Assembly (NCBI GenBank): GCA_028282585.1 | Contig: JANQHR010000066.1 | Span: forward strand, 1-21,927 | Direction of reading: 5' to 3' | Source of the DNA: Bacteroidales bacterium | GTDB lineage: Bacteria > Bacteroidota > Bacteroidia > Bacteroidales > UBA12077 | Length of the DNA stretch: 21,927 nt | Part shown: piece by piece, positions 17,156 to 21,927 of the stretch | Layout of the letters: each line of letters starts with the position of its first letter | Numbering within the stretch: position 1 is the first letter of the stretch | Notes under the pieces: model-generated | What the model saw: only the letters and a program-made list of their open reading frames with translations | What the model was told of the DNA's origin: nothing | Database searches by the model: none | Made by a program: the position numbers and the translations under genes

Positions 17156-18058
17156 ATGCCAGACACGCATTATTATAATGAACCCAATAAAAAGAATCTT
17201 TTAATTAGTGTTTTATTAAATGCAGGAATTACGTTAGCTCAATTTATAGGTGGATTTCTTTCAAACAGCCTAGCTTTAATTTCAGACGCAGTTCATAATT
17301 TAAGTGACACCATGGCTATAATTATTAGCTATGTTGCCATGAGAATTGGAAAAAAAGATTCAACAGCAAAAAATACTTTTGGATTTAAACGAATTGAAAT
17401 TCTTGCTGCTTTATTTAATGCGGTGGTTTTAATTTTAATCTCGGTATATCTTTTTTACGAAGCATATTTACGATTCCTGGAGCCTGAACCAATAAAGGGT
17501 AAAACCATGTTTCTAGTTGCAAGTGTTGGTTTGTTAGGTAATTTGATATCAGTTTTATTATTGCATAAAGATTCAGGACATAACTTAAATGTAAAAGCGG
17601 CATATTTGCATTTATTGGGCGATACACTTTCTTCTGTTGGTGTAATAATAGGCGCTGTACTTATCTATTTTTGGAATGTTAATTGGATCGATCCTTTGTT
17701 AACAATAATTATTGGAATTGTCATAATTCGGGGAACCTGGAGTATTATAAAAGAAACAATTGAAATTTTAATGCAGGCAAGTCCAGTTGGATTAGATTTA
17801 AAGGAAATTAAGTTTGAAATAGAAAAACATCCCGATATACATAATATTCATCATATTCATGCTTGGAGGTTATCCGATAACATAACCCATTTCCAATGCC
17901 ATGCAGATGTAAATAAAAACATTTATATAAAAGAGGTTGATAAAATTAGAATCGATTTAGAAAATATTTTACACAAAAAATTTAATATTGATCATATAAC
18001 AATACAAATGGAACTGGATACATGTACAGAGAAGTCGACTATTAGCAATGGGGACTAA
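17156..18058 (+). CDS. Cation diffusion facilitator family transporter (CzcD/ZitB-like Zn/Co/Cd exporter)
   Basis: SLALISDAVHNLSD, TFGFKRIEILAA, NVKAAYLHLLGD, HHIHAW, HITIQ.E; multiple predicted transmembrane segments. Confidence 0.93.
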   Translation: MPDTHYYNEPNKKNLLISVLLNAGITLAQFIGGFLSNSLALISDAVHNLSDTMAIIISYVAMRIGKKDSTAKNTFGFKRIEILAALFNAVVLILISVYLFYEAYLRFLEPEPIKGKTMFLVASVGLLGNLISVLLLHKDSGHNLNVKAAYLHLLGDTLSSVGVIIGAVLIYFWNVNWIDPLLTIIIGIVIIRGTWSIIKETIEILMQASPVGLDLKEIKFEIEKHPDIHNIHHIHAWRLSDNITHFQCHADVNKNIYIKEVDKIRIDLENILHKKFNIDHITIQMELDTCTEKSTISNGD

Positions 18059-19479
18059 TCTTCTGAATTAAAAAATCTTTTATTGAAGTTAACCAGGTAT
18101 AGCTTTTCAGTAGGACGTGTAAATGCAGTATAAAGCCATCTGAGATATTCCTTATCCATCATATCATCATTAATATAACCATGATCAACAAAAACATTTT
18201 TCCATTGTCCTCCCTGCGCTTTGTGGCACGTAATTGCGTATGCAAATTTTACCTGAAGCGCATTGAAAAATTCATCTTCCCTCACTCCTTCGTACTGTTT
18301 TTTTCGAGTTTTTAAATGCTGATAATCTTCCAAAATATTATAAAAAAGTTGTTTATTATCCTCGGCACATAATGCAGCTGAATTAATATCTAAGGTATCA
18401 AGGATAATTTTGCAATCAATTTCTACATCACCGTAATCAACAAATCGTAAACTTACATCGGCAAATCGAAATCCATATCTCTCCTCGTAGTTGCCTATTT
18501 TTATAATTTCTGCTATATCACCGTTTGCAATAAAATCAATCTTCTCATTTTCATTAAACCAATAGTAATTATTTTTAACAATCATTATAAAATCACCAAC
18601 GGTTATCTCGTCTTCGCGCCATAAAATTTGACTTCGAATTCCTTTATTATACTGATTTGCTCTTTTATTTGAACGAGTAATAATAATCGTATCCTCATAT
18701 CCCAATTTATCATATGAATTTGCAATGGTTTCTATTAATTCATTACCCGTAATTCTTTCAATATCATTTAAATTGGTCAATTTTAATTTTGGAAAAACAT
18801 ACTTTTCAGATGAAACCAGGTTCCTTATATGGGTTGCATTAACTAAAATACCTGAACCTTTCTGCTGACGAACTACTTCTTTTAAGTTAAATTCCTTAAC
18901 CTTAAAACCATATGATTCTAATTGTTTTGGATCTAAAGCAGGACTAATATCAATACCAACTGGTGGTAATTGGGCCACATCACCAATAAGTATAAGCTTG
19001 CATCTTTTATCGTTATACACAAACTCAACCAGATCATCTAATAAGCGACCAGAACCAAATATCGAGCTTTCGCCTGAAAAATTGGATATCATCGAAGCCT
19101 CATCCACTATAAAAATTGTATCCGAATGAAGATTAACATCCAAGGTAAAAATCCCAAATCCGTCCTTTGAGGATTTTTGCCTGTATATTTTTTTATGAAT
19201 TGTATATGCCGTTTTTTTTGAATATGCAGATAATACTTTAGCAGCACGTCCTGTTGGAGCTAAAAGAACAGATTTCATTCGTAACTTTTTAAAAGCATCA
19301 ACTAATGCTCCCATTATGGTCGTTTTACCTGTTCCTGCGTATCCTTTTATTAAGAAAATTGTATCTTTGTCGGTATCTAAAAGAAATTTCGATAAACCCT
19401 CTATTAAAATATCCTGATCGTTTGTTGGTTTAAATGAGAGTTTTTCGAGAATTATATTTTTGACATGATCCTTTAACAT
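18055..19479 (-). CDS. ATP-dependent RecD-like SF1B helicase/ATPase
   Basis: GYAGTGKT, LAPTGRAA, TIHK, IVDEASM, GDVAQLPPV, EVVRQ, YAITCHKAQGGQW, LYTAFTR. Confidence 0.92.
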   Translation of the reverse strand: MLKDHVKNIILEKLSFKPTNDQDILIEGLSKFLLDTDKDTIFLIKGYAGTGKTTIMGALVDAFKKLRMKSVLLAPTGRAAKVLSAYSKKTAYTIHKKIYRQKSSKDGFGIFTLDVNLHSDTIFIVDEASMISNFSGESSIFGSGRLLDDLVEFVYNDKRCKLILIGDVAQLPPVGIDISPALDPKQLESYGFKVKEFNLKEVVRQQKGSGILVNATHIRNLVSSEKYVFPKLKLTNLNDIERITGNELIETIANSYDKLGYEDTIIITRSNKRANQYNKGIRSQILWREDEITVGDFIMIVKNNYYWFNENEKIDFIANGDIAEIIKIGNYEERYGFRFADVSLRFVDYGDVEIDCKIILDTLDINSAALCAEDNKQLFYNILEDYQHLKTRKKQYEGVREDEFFNALQVKFAYAITCHKAQGGQWKNVFVDHGYINDDMMDKEYLRWLYTAFTRPTEKLYLVNFNKRFFNSED

Positions 19480-19528
19480 TTTCTGGTAAATAATGTGCTA
19501 TTTAAATTTAATTTTTAATTTTTTCTTA

Positions 19529-19536
19529 TAAATTTG
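19529..19536 (+). promoter_or_regulatory. Bacteroidota -7 promoter element for the 19568-21591 operon
   Basis: TAAATTTG, about 31 nt upstream of the ATG at 19568. Confidence 0.6.
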
Positions 19537-19567
19537 CAGGCAAACATATAAAATTAAATCAAGCAAA

Positions 19568-20194
19568 ATGAAAAAAATAATTCAAATCGTACTGGCAATT
19601 TTGATTGTAGTTTTGGGTTACTTAATTTGGGAAAGTATCCAAAATCCAATTCGTTTTAACAAGGAAAAGGATAAAAGATATGCTGCAACAATCCAACGCC
19701 TTAAAGATATTAGAACAGCACAAATTGCTTATAAAGCAGAATACGGTAAATTCACCGCAAGTTTTGACACCTTAATTGAGTTCGTTAAAAATGATTCTAT
19801 GAGATTAGTTATGGCAGAAGGTGCTTTATCCGATGAATTACTAGCACAAGGTTGGACTGAAGCTATTGCCGTACAGGAAGGATTAATTACAAGAGATACT
19901 ATCAGAATTGCAATTAAAGATACATTATTCGCTCCTAATTTTAATGCTGATATTTTATGGAAAGTTCCATTTACTCAAAATGATTCGTTCAAAATGGCTA
20001 CTGCTAACCTGATCGTTTCTAAACTGGATGTAAACGTTTTTGAATGTAAAGTTCATAACGATATTCTATTGCATGGAATGGATCGTCAGTTAGTTGTTAA
20101 CTTAAACGATAGAATGCAAAATCAGGATAACTTTCCTGGGGTTAAAGTTGGTGACGTAATTGAACCGAACAATAATGCCGGTAACTGGGAATAA
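19568..20194 (+). CDS. Conserved hypothetical protein with N-terminal membrane anchor
   Basis: 208 aa; hydrophobic residues 4-21; IQRLKDIR.AQ..Y and C-terminal G.KVG.....NNNAGNWE, a pattern recalled from Bacteroidota hypotheticals next to DUF3822/rsmD. Confidence 0.8.
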   Translation: MKKIIQIVLAILIVVLGYLIWESIQNPIRFNKEKDKRYAATIQRLKDIRTAQIAYKAEYGKFTASFDTLIEFVKNDSMRLVMAEGALSDELLAQGWTEAIAVQEGLITRDTIRIAIKDTLFAPNFNADILWKVPFTQNDSFKMATANLIVSKLDVNVFECKVHNDILLHGMDRQLVVNLNDRMQNQDNFPGVKVGDVIEPNNNAGNWE

Positions 20195-20206
20195 GATATT
20201 ATTTTT

Positions 20207-21055
20207 ATGCAAGATTTTGCTTTTGTTGATGAAACATTAGACATAAATTTAACTCAATCATATTATTTGTCCATTCAGATTAATCTGAATGGACTTTCTT
20301 TTTGTATTCTTGATCCGGTCCGGGAAAAATACATTGCCTTCGAAAATGTAAACTTCCCAAAAGATATTCTTTTCGATGATCTTTTAAATTTTATTGAGGA
20401 CTATATCGTTAAACACGAGTTGCTTAGTCACGGTTTTAAAGCAACAAAATTAATTTGGGAAACAAGCAAAAACACACTTGTACCAAATACTTATTTTAAA
20501 GCTGACAACTTAAAAATGTATTTTGAGTTTAATCAAAAATTAGATGACTTAGACGAAATACATTACAATGAATTAAAATATGTTGATGCTTATAGTGTAT
20601 ATACGGTTCCCAATCAAATAGCAAATATATTTGCAAAACAATTCGAAAAGATACAATTCTATAATCAGCAAATTCCTTTTATCGAACATTCTTTGTTCAA
20701 GCATCATTCGGAAGCTAAAAAAATAATGGTAAACATAAATTTTGATTTTATTGATCTATGCATTACCAATAATGGCAAACTTTTGGTTTACAACAACTTT
20801 AATTACAAAAATGAAATGGATATAATCTATTTCGTTTTATATACATTCGACCAGTTTGAACTTGACACACAACAAACCGAGTTAATTTTGAGTGGCTTGA
20901 TAGATCAAAGATCAAACCTTTATTCTAAATTAAAGAGTTTTATTAATCATTTCAAATTTGAGAAATTACCCGAAGAATTCTCATATAGTTATACTTTCAA
21001 TAAAATTCCATCACATAAATTTTCAAATCTTTTTAACTTGCATCTTTGCGAATAG
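20207..21055 (+). CDS. DUF3822 family protein
   Basis: Y.LSIQINLNGLSFCI N-terminus, TLVP, N.F.Y....DIIYFVLY...Q; overlaps the rsmD start. Confidence 0.8.
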   Translation: MQDFAFVDETLDINLTQSYYLSIQINLNGLSFCILDPVREKYIAFENVNFPKDILFDDLLNFIEDYIVKHELLSHGFKATKLIWETSKNTLVPNTYFKADNLKMYFEFNQKLDDLDEIHYNELKYVDAYSVYTVPNQIANIFAKQFEKIQFYNQQIPFIEHSLFKHHSEAKKIMVNINFDFIDLCITNNGKLLVYNNFNYKNEMDIIYFVLYTFDQFELDTQQTELILSGLIDQRSNLYSKLKSFINHFKFEKLPEEFSYSYTFNKIPSHKFSNLFNLHLCE

Positions 21056-21591
21056 TTAGCGGAACATATAAAGGAAGGTTAATAAAACCACCCAAGAATT
21101 TTAAAGCAAGGCCAACTACCGATTTTGCCAAGGAAAATCTTTTCAATATTCTTAATAATAACTTTGACTTTACTGAAATTGATGCTCTGGATCTTTTTTC
21201 AGGTACAGGAAGTATTTCATATGAATTTGCCTCAAGGGGATGTAGGTCTATTATTTCAATAGAAAGTAATTTTAAACATCAAATTTTCATTAAAAAAACA
21301 ATCGAAGAACTTGGTTTTACAAATATAAAATCTATTAAATCTGATGCCTTCAGGTACGTTAAATCATGTTATGAAAAATTTGATATTGTTTTTGCCGATC
21401 CTCCTTACGATTTAAAATCAATTAACGATATTCCTGATTTTATATTTGAACAGAATATTTTAAAAATAAATGGATGGTTAATTCTTGAGCACGGAGATAA
21501 AACAAGCTTTTCGAGGCACGCAAGATTTAAGGAAATAAGAAAATATGGAGGTGTAAACTTTAGTATTTTTGAAAAATCTGATGAAAATTGA
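21046..21591 (+). CDS. rsmD: 16S rRNA (guanine(966)-N2)-methyltransferase RsmD family
   Basis: MRIVSG.YKGR, RPTTDFAKENLFN, LDLFSGTGSISYEFASRG, DIVFADPPY, ILEH; TTG start overlapping the upstream gene. Confidence 0.92.
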   Translation: MRIVSGTYKGRLIKPPKNFKARPTTDFAKENLFNILNNNFDFTEIDALDLFSGTGSISYEFASRGCRSIISIESNFKHQIFIKKTIEELGFTNIKSIKSDAFRYVKSCYEKFDIVFADPPYDLKSINDIPDFIFEQNILKINGWLILEHGDKTSFSRHARFKEIRKYGGVNFSIFEKSDEN

Positions 21592-21629
21592 AAAGAAATT
21601 AACTTTTTCTAAAAATTTTTATAAAAACC

Positions 21630-21660
21630 TTTGGCGGATAAAAATAATAATCTATTTTTG
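21630..21660 (+). promoter_or_regulatory. Consensus Bacteroidota -33/-7 promoter for tRNA-Asp
   Basis: TTTG at 21630-21633, 19-nt spacer, TATTTTTG at 21653-21660. Confidence 0.8.
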
Positions 21661-21678
21661 CAACGCTATTAAGCAAAC

Positions 21679-21755
21679 GGTCTGGTAGTTCAGTTGGTTA
21701 GAATACATGCCTGTCACGCATGGGGTCGCGAGTTCGAGTCTCGTCCAGACCGCCA
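21679..21755 (+). tRNA. tRNA-Asp (anticodon GTC), CCA encoded
   Basis: Acceptor stem GGTCTGG/CCAGACC, D arm, anticodon stem CATGC/GCATG with GTC at 21713-21715, T arm GTTCGAG, discriminator G followed by CCA. Confidence 0.98.
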
Positions 21756-21764
21756 AAATATACG

Positions 21765-21799
21765 AAAAGCTCTTGAAAATCAAGAGCTTTTTTATTTTA
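21765..21799 (+). terminator. Rho-independent terminator after tRNA-Asp
   Basis: AAAAGCTCTTGA-aaa-TCAAGAGCTTTT followed by a T-rich tract. Confidence 0.85.
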
Positions 21800-21829
21800 C
21801 ATCCATTTATCAAGTTGGAGGACAATTAC

Positions 21830-21927
21830 GGATCACTTGAAAATTATGGTGGATTTATAAAAAGTTAAGCCCATATTTTAGCTACACGAAATAAGAAAAA
21901 TTTAATATCCACCACTCCCCTTAATGT
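21830..21927 (-). mobile_element. Right end of a putative ISL3/ISAon1-like insertion sequence (truncated)
   Basis: Terminal GGATCACTTGAAAATTATGGTGG starts at 21830, 35 nt beyond the stop codon of a transposase-like C-terminus. Confidence 0.7.
21865..21927 (-). CDS. ISL3/ISAon1-like transposase C-terminus (partial)
   Basis: Manual translation TLRGVVDIKFFLFRVAKIWA* resembles the RGV.D..FFLFR...I.A* C-terminus recalled for Bacteroidota ISL3-type transposases. Confidence 0.72.
   Translation of the reverse strand, partial: TLRGVVDIKFFLFRVAKIWA

Noticed and set aside
1787-17627. Short ORFs at 1787, 4251, 7353, 7677, 9199, 10092, 12178, 12421, 15304, 15621 and 17415
   Set aside because: All lie antisense within well-supported genes, have no recognisable motifs, and look like shadow ORFs.
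18055-18058. 4-bp convergent stop-codon overlap between the CDF transporter and helicase
   Set aside because: A common compact tail-to-tail arrangement with no further evidence of regulation.
21847-21914. 8-bp inverted repeat TGGTGGAT/ATCCACCA
   Set aside because: One arm lies inside the transposase coding sequence; short and probably coincidental.
1-21927. Whole window as a composite transposon bounded by two IS elements
   Set aside because: The two IS ends appear to belong to different families and the cargo is core housekeeping genes (rpsA, guaA, tRNA); assembly breaks at repeats are the simpler explanation.

Overview
AT-rich chromosomal segment from a Bacteroidota (probably Bacteroidales/Marinilabiliales-like) bacterium, judged from TAnnTTTG promoters, A-rich translation starts without obvious Shine-Dalgarno motifs, and the gene families present. 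The window starts inside one insertion sequence (IS5-like transposase N-terminus, left edge) and ends inside another (ISL3/ISAon1-like transposase C-terminus, right edge); the ORF track misses both. The left arm (minus strand) runs rpsA, STAS anti-anti-sigma protein, rnz, guaA, siaB-like/siaC-like pair 2, S41 protease, pnuC, NadR-like kinase, THUMP rRNA methyltransferase, siaB/siaC pair 1. The right arm carries ugd, rfbC, rfbD, a phospho-sugar mutase, yjbQ, a CDF exporter, a RecD-like helicase (minus strand), a membrane-anchored hypothetical, a DUF3822-like protein, rsmD and tRNA-Asp(GTC). Two observations stand out. (1) Two orphan SiaB/SiaC kinase/phospho-switch modules and a phosphorylatable STAS protein sit among housekeeping genes, with no SiaA phosphatase or SiaD diguanylate cyclase in the window. 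(2) A GC-rich 21-bp palindromic element sits in frame in rpsA, with two apparently decayed copies elsewhere in the same gene. All family assignments come from motif recognition by eye, not database searches.
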